Shown: positions 36,286 to 50,000 of the stretch, piece by piece
Layout of the letters: every line of letters begins with the position of its first letter
Position numbering within the stretch: position 1 is the stretch's first letter
DNA from: Octopus sinensis
Taxonomy: Eukaryota
Direction: 5' to 3'
Assembly: GCF_006345805.1 (NCBI RefSeq)
Contig: NC_043005.1
Location: forward strand, 85,498,001-85,562,000
DNA length: 64,000 nt
Made by a program: the position numbers and the translations under genes
The notes under the pieces: model-generated
Databases searched by the model: none
What the model was told of the DNA's origin: nothing
Seen by the model: only the letters and a program-made list of their open reading frames with translations

Positions 36286-36563
36286 AAGTTTGGAAAGTAT
36301 ACAAAAATCTATATACAGATGCATATGTACAAATACCTATACATGCATTCATATATGCATAGATACATGTAGTTACACGCGTATATATTACAAATTTGTA
36401 CCTGCATAGTAAATACAAAAACGCGCAATTATAAAAGCGTGTATAGAACTGACAATAACGTGGGTGTACGATAAGTATTTATGTACATATATACATTCAT
36501 AGATACACACATATATACTTATATGCACGTAGATATGTATGTGTGTCTGTATGTGTGTATACG

Positions 36564-36625
<62 letters not shown>

Positions 36626-37472
36626 TTGTGTGTATACGCAAAAACACAAACACATACGCAGGCACATACAAATATTCATAAACAGCAGAAGCAGAAATTT
36701 TGCTTCTGTAATAATATCCCAATTAGCTCTTTATGCATTCATTTATGCAAGTAATTATGTGAATGTTATTGTATTTTGTGTTTTTGTCTCCTCTTTTTTT
36801 TTTTTTGCTTATTTTCTTTCAACATGTCTTCGCTCGTGTGATAATTACTCGAAGCTGACGTCGAATAATATTCAGGAAATCTTTGATGAAATTATGCTTA
36901 ATCTTTGATAATATCGAATTGCCAAAGCATGCTAGTCGGAACTAATGCCATGTATAGAAATATGGTCAATTACTCTCGTAATATTGTCAATTTTCCGGTA
37001 AATTTTCTGTAAATGCTGTTCCTACACTATCAATTTAGTCCTGGATGACAGATTACTGCTGTTGATTTTCCTGGTTCTAGCCAGAATTATTCATGGTGTT
37101 TGTTTTCTTGTAGTTGTTAATTAGAAAATGCTTACCATAGCTTAGTATATTTTGGTGTTGGTGAGGCTGTGTGGTAAGAAGTTTACTTCGCAACCACATG
37201 GTTACGGGGTCAATCCTACTGATTGGCAAATTGGGCAAGTATCTTCTATTATAGTCTTGGGCCGACCAAAGTCTTGTGAGTGGATTTGGTAGACGGAAAC
37301 TGAAAGAGGCCCGTTGTATATATATATCTAATGTAGGATAAAGTTTTTTTCAAAAAAAAAAAATGTTATCAATGGCCAGCGTATTAAAAAATACCTTTAA
37401 AGGTTAAATTTATAAATAACTTATAAAATAAGTTATAAATAACTTATTTTGTAAGTTATAAATATTTATATA

Positions 37473-39268
37473 TTTTTTTTCTCTGGTTTCAGCTCAGAGC
37501 TGCGGCCATGCTGATGCACCACCGTTTTGTGCTACACTGTTATTGCGAAGAACCTCGTCTAATATGTGGCACTTGGTGAAGAATGGAGTTTGATATAGCT
37601 ACTTCATTTGCACCTCTTGCCGTGAGGTAGGTTCATCTGGACTCTCGACAGGGAGATGTCCAGCTTTGATTTAAAAACCGCTACATCTACTTTGTGGCAG
37701 TTCCTCAGACTCTTTGGGAGAATATTAAAAAGCTGTGGGCCCTTGAAAACCAGGCTGTGCAGAAGCTGGTCCTGAAGCGTGATGGCATTGCTGGGATCTT
37801 TGGCACTATTACAGTGTCGTCCCGTTCTAGCATTGGCGTAGCTTACAATGCCAAAATTTGGCACAATTTCTTCCAGGATCTTCCAGACATATATTACTGC
37901 ATACCTCTCCCGTCTTCTCTCCAGGGAGTAGTCTTAGCTGTTTCAACCTTTCCCAGTACCTGAGCTGTTGCAAAGAGTCGATCTTCTTTGTGAATCTTCT
38001 CTGGATTGCTTCAAGATCCGCTGTTAATTTTACACTGGTGGGTGACCATAGCTGTGAGCAGTAATCCAGGCGACTGAGGACGAATGTCCGCCAGAGGAAC
38101 ATCATGGTTTCCTTATCTCTGGTTCTGAATGTTCTTAGGATCCACCCTGCCAGTCGTCTTCACTTTGTCGCCATCCTGGCAATGTGCACTTGGAAAGAGG
38201 TATCATCACTTATGTCGATACCCAGGTCCCTCAGAGACTTAGACTCTGGGATTGAAATTCCCTGTGGACCGGTGTATCCTGTAAGTTTAATATTCAGTTT
38301 TGGATGCTGGTAGCGCAGGGCCTGGAATTTTTCAGCCTTAAACTGCATATTATTATCCTCAGCCCATCTGTAGATTGAGTCCAACTCCTGCTGCAGGTGT
38401 GCAACATCGCTGGGGTTCTGTATTTTCTGTGAGACTTTCGTATCGTCTGCGTAGCTCGCCAGAGTGGCTATCCGGGCATTTGAGGGCATATCTGAGAGGG
38501 CCACTATAAAAAGCAGTGGTCCCAAGACAGTGCCCTGTGGAACACCGCTCACTATTTGTGTGTTCATAGAGGTGGCTCCATTAACTACTACTGCCTGACT
38601 CCTATCTTTCAGGAAGTCTGTAACCACACTCCACGTTTTCCAGCTATGCCGAGGTCACGCAGTTTGTGGCATATCATACCATGATCCACCTTGTCAAAAG
38701 CTTTTGCAAATCAAGGTAGATTACGTCCACATTTGATTTGTTGAGTAACTGCCTCAACACCCAGTCATAATGTTGTAAGAGCTGGGTCAGGCAGCTCCTA
38801 CATGGTCGAAAACCATGCTGGGTATCACTCAGCAAGTTATTTTCCTCAAGGAATGCGATTAGTTTCTTTCTGACTATCCGTTCCATGACTTTGCTGATGT
38901 GTGAAGTCAGAGAGATAGGCCTATAGTTTTTGGCATCTGCTCTACTTCCCCCTTTATGTATTGGGCATATTATTCCCTCCTTCAGCTTGCTTGGCAGTTT
39001 GCCATTCGCAAGAAAGCTCTGGAAGAGAATCTTGAGAGGTTTTGCCAGGGCATGCTTACACGCTTTGAGGAGGTTGGCTGGGAAACCATCTGGACCAGCA
39101 GCTGAGTTTGTGTCCACTTCATCTATGGCTAGTAGGACATCTTTTTCGCTAATGTCTATACATTCTATTGTAACCGCCGCGCTGTTTCTTTCGCGTAATG
39201 AAAGAAGGCCTTTGGGTTTGATTTAATATCTTTTATAACCCAGGCTTCTTTGTCTGCTTTCTCCTTCA
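37473..39268 (-). mobile_element. 5'-truncated CR1/L2-group LINE related to 25829-29175
   Basis: AAGPDGFP, KNYRPISLTSHISKVMER, QHGFRP, SGVPQGTVLGPLLF, YADDTK, LRDLGI, LDYCSQLWSP; short internal deletion near 39175; tail cggtggtgcatcagcatggccgcagctctgagctgaaacc+poly(A). Confidence 0.95.
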
Positions 39269-39450
39269 TATATATATATAAAGTAAAAAAAGGCAAATAC
39301 GCACACTTACATAGTTTTAATATCATTTTTAATATATCGACCGGTTTCGCTATCGCTATTCATGATATTATTGGAATATATATTCTTTCTTAAGAAGAAA
39401 TTTTGTCCATGTTGTGTGTGATGAAATTCACGAGTGAATGACTTCACAAG

Positions 39451-39484
<34 letters not shown>

Positions 39485-40090
39485 CGAGGCTATAGGAGAA
39501 GACACTTGCCCAAGGTGCCACGCAGTGGGACTGAACCCGGAACCATGTGGTTCGTAAGCAAGCTACTTACCACACAGCAACTCCTACGCCTATATGTTAT
39601 GCCGAAAATAAAGAAAATGCATTTATGCATTTTCCAGATATATGCCAAAGTATAAATACATATGTGTGTGTATGTGTGTACATCTATATGCACACGCACA
39701 AGCTCTGTATATACATGCATTACATTATTTTTAAACACACATACAATATATTTATATATGTGTGTGTGTGTATGTGTATATATACGTTATTGAGATCATT
39801 TAATCTCTCTTAGCTGCATATGCCTGGCACGTCAGCTGTCAAAACTGATACTAAAATATGTTATTGAGTGCAGTAGAGATACATTTCCAAGATAATAAGC
39901 TATATGCAGCGTTAAACAGTTAAATATTTCTCTAGTAAAACGTAATTACAGTCACACACATTAACGATAATGTTCTGTTGCCATTATTGTTTTGAGAATT
40001 ATGTTTTAATTGTGCTATGTAATGAATTCGAAGATAAGACACGAATGCTGAAATAAAAACACGGGCAAAGAGAAAGAATGAGGAAACCAT

Positions 40091-40141
<51 letters not shown>

Positions 40142-40203
40142 GATATGGTTTCCTATTCTTTCTCTTTATATATATATAAATACATCATACATACTTTACT
40201 ATA

Positions 40204-40346
<143 letters not shown>

Positions 40347-41038
40347 GTGTTTACTGCTTGTGAGAAAATAAGAGAGAGAATGTGAAAACAAGATTTTCTG
40401 AATAGATACATCTTTCAAACTTTATTTGAATAACCTCGACCAAGCATGAACACACGTATAAAACAAATGTATGTGGTGTATATAACTGTGTGTGCACACA
40501 CACATATATTCATATATATATGTATATATATACACGTATATATATACATATATATATATGCATACACACACACAAATATAAATTCTGTTATGCTTTTTTC
40601 TTTTGCTTCAGTCATTTGACTGCGGCCATGCTAGAGCAAGTCGAACAAATCGACCCCAAGACGCATTTTCGTAAGCCTATTACTTATTATATCGGTCTCT
40701 TTTGCTGAACCTCTAAGTTACGGTGACATAGACTCGCCACCATCAGTTAAGCGATGATGGGGGACAAACACACACACATAGGTACACACACATATATATA
40801 ATATATATATATATAATTATTATGCATATACATATATATACATATATATATGATGAGCTTCTTTCAGTTTCCATTAACCAAATCCACTCATAAGTCTTTG
40901 GTCGACTCGAGGCTATAGTATAAGATACTTGCCCAAGGTGCCATGCAGTGAGACTGAATCCGGAACCTTGTGGTTGGTAAGCAAGATACTTATCACACAG
41001 CCTCTCCTGTGCCTATATATATATACACACATATATAA

Positions 41039-41068
41039 TGTATATACAATAATAGTAATAATATATAC

Positions 41069-41099
<31 letters not shown>

Positions 41100-41550
41100 A
41101 AAATAATAATATAATAGCAAAAGAATGAATGAGACATCGATGTTATGTATAATTGAGGAATTTATCTATAGATATAATATGTGACAATTAGTTGGTTGTC
41201 ATAATAAAACTCAGAGTTTCGGAAACCGGGTCTGAAATCTGCTCCGACATCTCGTCAGTTATTAAGACAAAACGCTATGAAAAAAAAAAGCGTTCTGTCT
41301 TAATAATCGATGAGATGCGGGAACAGACTTCAGTCCCAGTATACGAAACTCTGAGTTTTATTATGGCAACCAACTAATTGTCACATATTATATTTATAGA
41401 TAAATTCCTCTATTTTACATAATATCGATGTCTCATTCATTCTTTTGCTTATTAACATTAATATTATTATTATGTCATATATATACATATATATAGATAT
41501 ATATATATATATATATATGTATGTATATACTATTATTATTGTATATACAA
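41039..41550. repeat. Imperfect ~500-bp palindrome made of two divergent HHR-bearing pLTRs (family 5)
   Basis: Arms 41113-41275 and 41291-41452 plus mirrored microsatellite flanks. Confidence 0.85.
41203..41263 (-). ncRNA. Type I hammerhead motif in left arm; mirrored, damaged copy at 41302-41362 (+)
   Basis: AAUAA-CUGACGA-[long imperfect helix II]-GAAA-CUC-U-GAG-UU-UUAUU; right-arm core reads UCGAUGA. Confidence 0.6.
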
Positions 41551-41664
41551 TATATATATATACATATACATATATATATATATATATATATAATGTCTAA
41601 CTTAACTGGGGAGAGAAAATAAGCAAAAAATGAAATATATAAATGCACATCGAGAAAATATTTG

Positions 41665-42040
41665 GCTTAGTGGTAAGACGCTTGCTTCTTAACCACATGG
41701 TTCCAGGTTCAGTCCCACTGTGTGGGAACTTGGACAAGTGTCTTCTATTATAGCCTCGGGCTGACCAAATCTTGTGAGTGGATTTGGTAAACGGAAACTG
41801 AAGAAAGCCCGTCGTATATATATATATATATATATATAATCTTACTTCCTGTTTCTCTTGTACCTGTATTTCAAAAGGGCCAGCCTTGTCACGCCGAATC
41901 TACCCGAGAACTACGTTAAAGGTAAACGTGTCTGTGGCGTGTACAACCGATGTTGGTATGTTTACGTCCCCCTTATCTAGTAGTTCGGCAAAAAGGAACG
42001 ATAGAATAAGTACTAGGCTTACAAAGAATAAATCGTGGGC
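41665..42040 (+). mobile_element. Chimeric SINE: family-1 head/body + family-3 segment + family-1 3' part
   Basis: 41665-41815 family 1; 41840-41940 cttcctgtttctcttgtacctgtatttcaaaagggccagcc...gtgtctgtgg (family 3); 41945-42030 family 1. Confidence 0.7.
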
Positions 42041-42875
42041 TTGATGGTTATATCTGTTGAAAGTGTCTGGGATTTTGGGCTATTTAGGAAGAAATAAGCT
42101 ATGTTAGGTCTGGCGTTGAAATCACGATGAACATTAAACCAAACCACCAATTTCTGATGATATATATATAGATATATAATATATATATATATATGTATAT
42201 TATATATATGTATATATATATATAATATATAATATATATCTATATGTGTGTGTGTGTGGTGTGTGTTGTGTATGTATATGCATATATAAAGTAGCGGTAC
42301 AACAAAGCACCAATATTTAAGGAAATAGCAGTTGATACATGCACGACGCTATAGTAAAGCTTCAATGTATTTATACTTGCAAAGACTTATGAGGGCAGCG
42401 AACAGAAACAATTTTGTCTTACCACTAGGAAGAACATTATAAAAATGGACAACTAGAGTCGGAAAATCCAATACCTAGGTTTCGGACTCTTCAAATATAT
42501 TTATAGGTAAGTAGAGTTAGCGGTTGGAATAACCGTGAAAGAGATAAGAGTGTCTGTTATTACTACCGGTATAAATTTCCTGTTAACCCTGGACATGGAT
42601 ATGCAAGCATACTACGCTCATAGGATACAGGCAATAGCAAAATAAACAAGAGTTTATCAGGAATCCAATTTAAATTAAGCAGAAAATAGAGAAAATTTTT
42701 TGATCGACAAACAAATTGACTACCATAATTTATTTTTTAAATATAAAACTTTAAAACTGCTTCTTTAATATAATATATATATATATAGTAAAAATTTACA
42801 AAAAAGCAAAAGACGAAGACGGATGTGTAAACAACAAACAAATGTATTAGTTTAACGCTCGGGAATTGAGAAAGT

Positions 42876-42911
42876 CTTTTACGTTTCGAGCCTACGTTCT
42901 TCAACAGAAAA
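42876..42911 (-). ncRNA. Hammerhead-like motif, variant core CUGUUGA (pLTR family 2)
   Basis: UUUU-CUGUUGA-A-GAAC(guag)GCUC-GAAA-CG-UA-AAAG; pLTR context 42780-42950. Confidence 0.55.
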
Positions 42912-42978
42912 TAACACAGAAATAAACAGACGAAAAAAAGGGTTAATGCCTAGCTATCAATTATGGCGAATGCCAGAC

Positions 42979-43054
<76 letters not shown>

Positions 43055-43794
43055 GTATGTGTGTGTGTATATACATATACATGTACATATATAAATATGT
43101 GTGTGTGTATACATATGTATAAGTATACACACACATATATATGTAGATTCGCATTCATAGATATTTTAATTGTATATAGACACATTTTTATGTACGCTGT
43201 TTATAAGTATATATACCGTATTTCAACGTGTATAAAGAACCCTCGAGTATCAGGAACCTCGTAACTCTTTGGGCTTAAAATTTGGGGTAAAATGGTTTTG
43301 TAATATGTTATAATATTATCCATGTATAAAAACTTTCATATTTTTTTAAACCTAATTTTTGACGTAAAAGGGTTTCTTATACACTTTGAAACATGGTAAT
43401 TGTATGTGCTTGCATATATTCTTGTGTAAGCATGTATATACACAGCAGAAACAACTGTAAGCCATTGAAGCTGATTATATAACATTCGGTTTTTACGGTG
43501 TTATCTCTGTATCCTCTATTACCACTCTATACTCTTATAACATTGTGTTCTGTACCATACGTACATTGACGTCTACACGAAGCGAAAAATATACATATGT
43601 TTGTGTGTGTAATATATATATAAGCACATACATAAGTATAAATACATATTAATGTATATATATCTTATAAATTTTATATACATATGTATATCTTTTTGTG
43701 TTCGTGTGCGTGAGAGTGTTTGTGAATGTGTATGTATATGTATGTATATATAAATATATACATACATATATATCTATATCTATATATTTATATC

Positions 43795-43832
<38 letters not shown>

Positions 43833-43877
43833 TATATATCTATCTATATCTCTCTCTCTATATATAGATATATGTAT

Positions 43878-43912
<35 letters not shown>

Positions 43913-43919
43913 AATACAA

Positions 43920-43964
<45 letters not shown>

Positions 43965-44267
43965 CATACACAAGCACATGCGAGTGTTTAGTCCTGTTCA
44001 GTTGTTTCTGTGTTATTTTATGATTTGTGTTATTTCGTTATTTCGAGATGACTATCTGAAATTTGAATCTATTTTAGAAATCAAAATATGTTATAAATAA
44101 TAATTATGTTTCAGTTTTTTCACCTCAGGTCATTTATTTTCTCTCTTCTTGTCTTTTTAGTATTTCATGATTCACAACATTGACATCATCGTTTATCAGT
44201 GCTTCAGGTGGTGTTGGTCTTTTCTGATGGCGACGACGATAATATATTTCTTACAGAGACGATGTGC

Positions 44268-44337
<70 letters not shown>

Positions 44338-44359
44338 GTTGTTGTTGTTGTTGTTGTTG

Positions 44360-44392
<33 letters not shown>

Positions 44393-44872
44393 GCATCCTC
44401 TTGTGGTTCATTATCATCAGCATCATTCTTGTTCTCCTCCTCATCATTATTGTTGTTTTTATAAATCTATTTCACGGAACTTTAGTCAGCAAGGACGTTG
44501 TCTTGAGATGACAACAAGTCTGTTACTATCATTATTGCAACCGATGAACGAGCAGTCATTCACACGTCAGATAAAATGCCTACCGGTATCTCTGTTGACA
44601 CTTTAATTCTGAGCTCAAATCTCGCCGAAGTTGATTTCGCCTTTCCTCCTTTCAGTGTTGGGAAAATAACTACTAGTCCAATACTAGGGTCGGTATAAAC
44701 ATTGCTGTTTTTTTTTCCAAATTTGAAACCGTTATTATTAGCATCATAATCGTCAACATTGTCCTTATTAACATTACTATTAGCAAAGGCAATGTACTGG
44801 CAGAATCGTAAGTACGTTGGAGAAAATGCATAGCAACATTTTTTCTTGCTCATTGCGTCTTGTGCTCAAAGG

Positions 44873-45180
44873 CGGCGAGCTGGCAAAAAACGTTAGCACG
44901 CCGGGCAAAATGCCGAGCGGTATTTCGTCTCCCATCTCTAGCCTTACGTGATACACACAGACGCAGGTTTCTGAATAGTTACCCGTCTTCAGTGTGAAAT
45001 GAGTTTTCCTCACTAGCTGGTGATTATTACACATTGAAGGCAACTCGGAGTCTTTGTGTATCATGTAAGGGTAGATATCGGAGCGATGACCCCCCTCGCG
45101 AATACTAATCGGACACAGACTGTGTGTCGTTAGCCAACTGGAGATGTCTTCCTGGGGGTAAAAAGAATAGTAACATCGTT
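44873..45180 (+). mobile_element. SINE-like family 4, 5' part
   Basis: aaggcggcgagctggcaaaaaacgttagcacgccgggc...; related to 59778-60400 and to minus copies at 44540-44680, 55020-55350, 55450-55570, 58800-59000. Confidence 0.7.
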
Positions 45181-46888
45181 CTCTGTGGGACCGCCATATT
45201 TATTTGGGAATTATATTTTACACTATATATATATATACATATATTTCTTTTTAAGCACCACTATCTGTCTATATACACGTACAAAAATATCCCTAGTTAA
45301 CACAACAGTGAACTGCATGTTATTTTATACATTGGAATGCATAACTTTTGCTAACCTAAACCTCATCATGTGACCAGTGTTGGAAATCTTATATTTAAAT
45401 GTGACAAAAATTACTCTATGAATTCTTAAAAGTATTATTTGTTTGATGCCTCTTTTGTGCTTCTTGCTGTAAATGGATTACTTTCAAGGACTGAAAGAAA
45501 TTTTTTAAACTGGTATGGAATGTATGAATTTAAATGATGTGAGTTCAGTGCGGTTATTTGGGATATCCTAGTATCTAACTGGGGTATCCTAGTATCCCTT
45601 CTACAGCACGCCAACTACCTCTATCTCTCTATTATTCTTTTTAATCACTCATGAACTTACACAGAGTTGCGTCCATCAATACCATCACCTTCCCAGTTGA
45701 GGCAGTTTTATCTTGCAAGTAGCTTGGTGACCTCAAAGGTGTTGGTACCATGGAAAAGCACCCAGTACATTCAGTGAAGGGGTTAGTAATATGAAAGGCA
45801 TCCAGTTGTGCAAACTATATCAAAGGATACAGCAGTGTTTTGCACAGTTCTCTGTCTTGTCAGCTCTTGTCAAATCATCTAACCCATTCCAGCATAAAAA
45901 TGGACGTTAAATGACGATGGTAATGATAACGACAGTCAGTGGAATGCGTATTGTATTTGTAATGACCACACGATTTGTATAAGTTTCCATCTCTCACGGT
46001 TATTTCACACTCTCACAAACTTATCCCGCCATCCACAGTATTCGATCCTCAGTTTCTATCCACTCAAAATTTTCACCACTTGTACCTTCGGAGTACATCT
46101 CTTTGTCTCTTTTCAGCTGGGGGAATCCACGTATCTCCGCTTCAACAAGACACTTGTTTCTGTTTCTCTGTCAATGGTATCTCCTTCAGTACTACACTCC
46201 TCCGTTAAGAGATCTTGTTTTATGAGGTACATGATGACTGCACTAGTGCTGGTGCCATGGAAAATGCACATAGCACATGCTGTACAGTGGTTGGTGTTAG
46301 GATGGGTATCCAGCTGTAGAAGCCATGCCAAAGCAGACAATAAAGCTTGGTCAGTCCTCTGGCCTTTCAGTTCTGTCAAACCATTTGACCCTTGACAGCA
46401 TGAAAAACAGCTGTTAAATGATGTCTCCATGTTTTATTAACCCAAGACATATTTGATTTGCAACGGAATAAGTACAAGTTTTCACTAATTAATATGTTAA
46501 ATGGTGATGCTAAGGCAGTTCAGAATTATTGAGAACATTTGATTAATTAGAATGCTTTATTAAAAACCTGACTAACATAACTTTGAGTAGCCCCAGTGAT
46601 TGTTCTCGTCAGAACAAATAGAAAAATGAGAACGTCCATTATGGTATTGAATGACATAGTTTCATGTTGCATCAGAAGTTGTTATGTAGGGAATATAGAA
46701 AAAAACTGAAAGACAATCTCAAAGACCAGAGTGACAAAGCTTCGTGTAGACATCTGAACAGCTCTACTTAAGACTGTGTAGCAGATTTGAAACCGAATTG
46801 ACAAATTTCCAAGTTAAAGTTACGGCTTAGTCATAACCATTTCACATAATAAACAAATTAAGTGACCAGTCAGCACCAAGCCAGCAAA

Positions 46889-46988
46889 TGATGTCACATT
46901 CTGCAAGCTAGTGTCTCTGAGCGAAGTTTATAAATAGATGAGTTTTGGTGTTAAATTTCGGAATGTTGGAAATCGTTGCCATGGAAAG
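46889..46988 (+). promoter_or_regulatory. Candidate promoter motif cluster (TGATGTCA, TATAAATA, X-box-like GTTGCCATGGAAAG)
   Basis: Motifs at 46889-46896, 46929-46936 and 46975-46988 in a repeat-poor stretch; motif matches only. Confidence 0.25.
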
Positions 46989-49469
46989 AACATTCTCGTT
47001 TTCAGTATTTAACAGTTATATTAACATCTTCTTAGTCAAGCGAGCAGACAGCAGCTAGAGTTTTGCAATCGTGGATTTAGCATGATTTTTCTCCAGCCTT
47101 CACAGCGTATTCATAGAACCTATTCAACCAACGATTTTGTCATAATTACAGAGTTGCCTTTTCCAGTGGTTATACTTCGTTGTTTGTACTATTGATTCAA
47201 GACAAACATGGAAAATGTTTTGTGCAGTGAATATAGTTTGCGTTATTGGTTCACGAGTGTTGTTCACATTTATACGCAGCCAGAATCCAACTCGACCACG
47301 AGCGCCCTCCATATCATCCTTTTGATGACCTACGAGACAATTGGTAACCCCTCGTGACAATTGGAGACACCGACATGATTTGAACGCACAACGTTTTGGT
47401 TAGTTGATTTAGTTTTTAATTATCGCAATTAATTAATTAATTATTTATCACAATTCAGTTTTTTAATACAATACAACCCATGCCAGTATGGAAGGAGGAC
47501 ATTAAATGATGATGATGGTGATGATGACAAACATGGGTTTACATAATAATGATGTTTTACTAACCAGGAGGTTTTACATTACAGTGTTTTTGTAGTATAT
47601 CATTAATTTTAGTTGTATTTACAGCATGAAATGGTAAACCCTAGCTGCAATCCTGGGACTCGTGTGGATGATTACTCGGTTTCCATGGAGTATAAGTGAC
47701 CAAGGTCAAAACACTGGCACTCAGAGGATTTTAGTCTTTGGCAGTGTTGCTCATTTACAGCTGAAAGGACTGCATGAGCAGTGTGAAGTGGAGTGTTTTG
47801 TTCAAGAACACAATGCACTGCCTGATTTTGGAACTGAAACCGTGATCTTGCGACATGAAAGCAACACATTAACCGCTGGGCCACATACATTCACAATGTG
47901 AAATAAGTGTACAAACATTTGCAACAAATTTTTATCAAGCACTCTGTTCAACTCCAACAAACATCTCAACACTTTCGTTTATGAGTAATGATAAAATGCA
48001 TAGTTCTAATTATCATATCAACTACAATATTAGCACCATATAATACAACTGTAATTTCGCAGATTGTATGCCGAGTCTAGAGGAAATTACAGTGAAAAAT
48101 CTGTTACTAATGACCCAGTGAACGTCTCTAAACAATGATCAGTTTAATATCAGAGAGTAAAAAAAACTGTACCGCAATATTACAGCTGAATTTAAAGTGA
48201 GATAAAATAACATAAATAGGTAATTAGTAATCCACGCTCTGGAATTGGCATGAGATTAGTGTCTCCACTATGGCTTTCCAAATAAGAAAAACCTAATGTA
48301 CATCATAACATTTGACATGATTTATACAAATTAATTACTTACTCACAATCAAATGTTTGTGTAGCTTTTGTATATTAGAAAGATATTTATCTTAAAATTC
48401 AATAGCACGTAGTAAACACACAGAATTAAATTAAATTTTCCCAATTAGATATTGTAATTGTATTCGAGCAATGTTACATTGAAATATATAAAAAATATCG
48501 ATGATAAACAAATATTTTTTATCTCTTAAGGAAATTCAATATTATTTTCTCAATGTTTACTTAGTTACAATGTTACAGTACCCTACATTAACAAATTTTC
48601 TGGTCTTGTCACTCTAACAACATATAAAAAAATACACATGAGGTAGGTTTAATGCTCTCTCCAGATTAGGGTCTTCCCAGGAAACCGTTCCTAAATGCAT
48701 CGTATTTCTAAAGTTGCATGCTTTACCGACACTTACCCGTCTTCCAACTAGGAAATAGTTTCCTTTCATAGTCAGTCATGGTTCCCATGAAAGACTGGAA
48801 ATGCATGCAGCAACATTTGTATGTTGGTGATGATGCTTTTTTACAAACATTATATGATGTCACAAGGGAAGACACAAACATACACATACTCACACACATC
48901 TACATGTATATTTGAATATATATATATATATATATATAAATATATATGTATGTATAAAAAAATCAAAACTGTTTGGTTCAGATTCCTTGATACATACACA
49001 CATTCACACACACACATGCGCGCGCACACACGCACATACACACACATATATACACACATGCAACACAGATACAAACATATGTGCATGTATGTAAATACAT
49101 ATACGTACACATATACATATATGCACGAAAATACATGTATATATTCTTTTTATTGGTTTCATCAAGAGGCTGTGGCCATGATGGGACGCTGCCTAGGACT
49201 AATTTGACCATCGCTGATTCATATATTTTATATATTCATATACAGACATATATATAATATATATATATAATATTATATATATATTACGTACATACATACA
49301 TACATACATACATACACACCACACACACACACACATATATAATAATCTATATATATATATATAATATATATATGTATATATAAATATACATACATATGTA
49401 TGTACCAGGTGGTGCTATTAAGTTAGACAGGCCTGGGCCAATAATGGCCGAAACATATCAAGTATCAAA

Positions 49470-49538
<69 letters not shown>

Positions 49539-49554
49539 ATATATATATATTTAT

Positions 49555-49744
49555 GTTGTGTCTGGGGAGAGCCATTCTTTTAGTGCCTTATAATTTAACA
49601 CCACTCACCGGTATAAAACTGTTGAAAAGGTAGCAAGACGCAACGAAAATTCTAGAAAAATAAAAAAAGAAATAAGTGGGAATTTTACCGGTGAGTGTGT
49701 TAAATATAAGGCACTAAAAGAGAATGACTCTCCCCAGACACAAC
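49555..49744. repeat. 59-bp inverted repeats around a ~70-bp spacer, flanked by (TA)n
   Basis: Arms 49555-49613 and 49686-49744. Confidence 0.85.
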
Positions 49745-49803
49745 AGAATATGCTTCAACACACGAACTCACATAAAATATCTTACAAACAAAACCCAAAA
49801 GTG

Positions 49804-49905
<102 letters not shown>

Positions 49906-49965
49906 TACATAATACATACATACCACCACACACGCTCACACACACACACGCGTCACACACACACC

Positions 49966-50000
<35 letters not shown>

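Noticed and set aside
45489-45538. Possible exon ending GAT|gtgagt
   Set aside because: All through-frames contain stops; only an 8-codon ATG-initiated reading is possible and it is unsupported.
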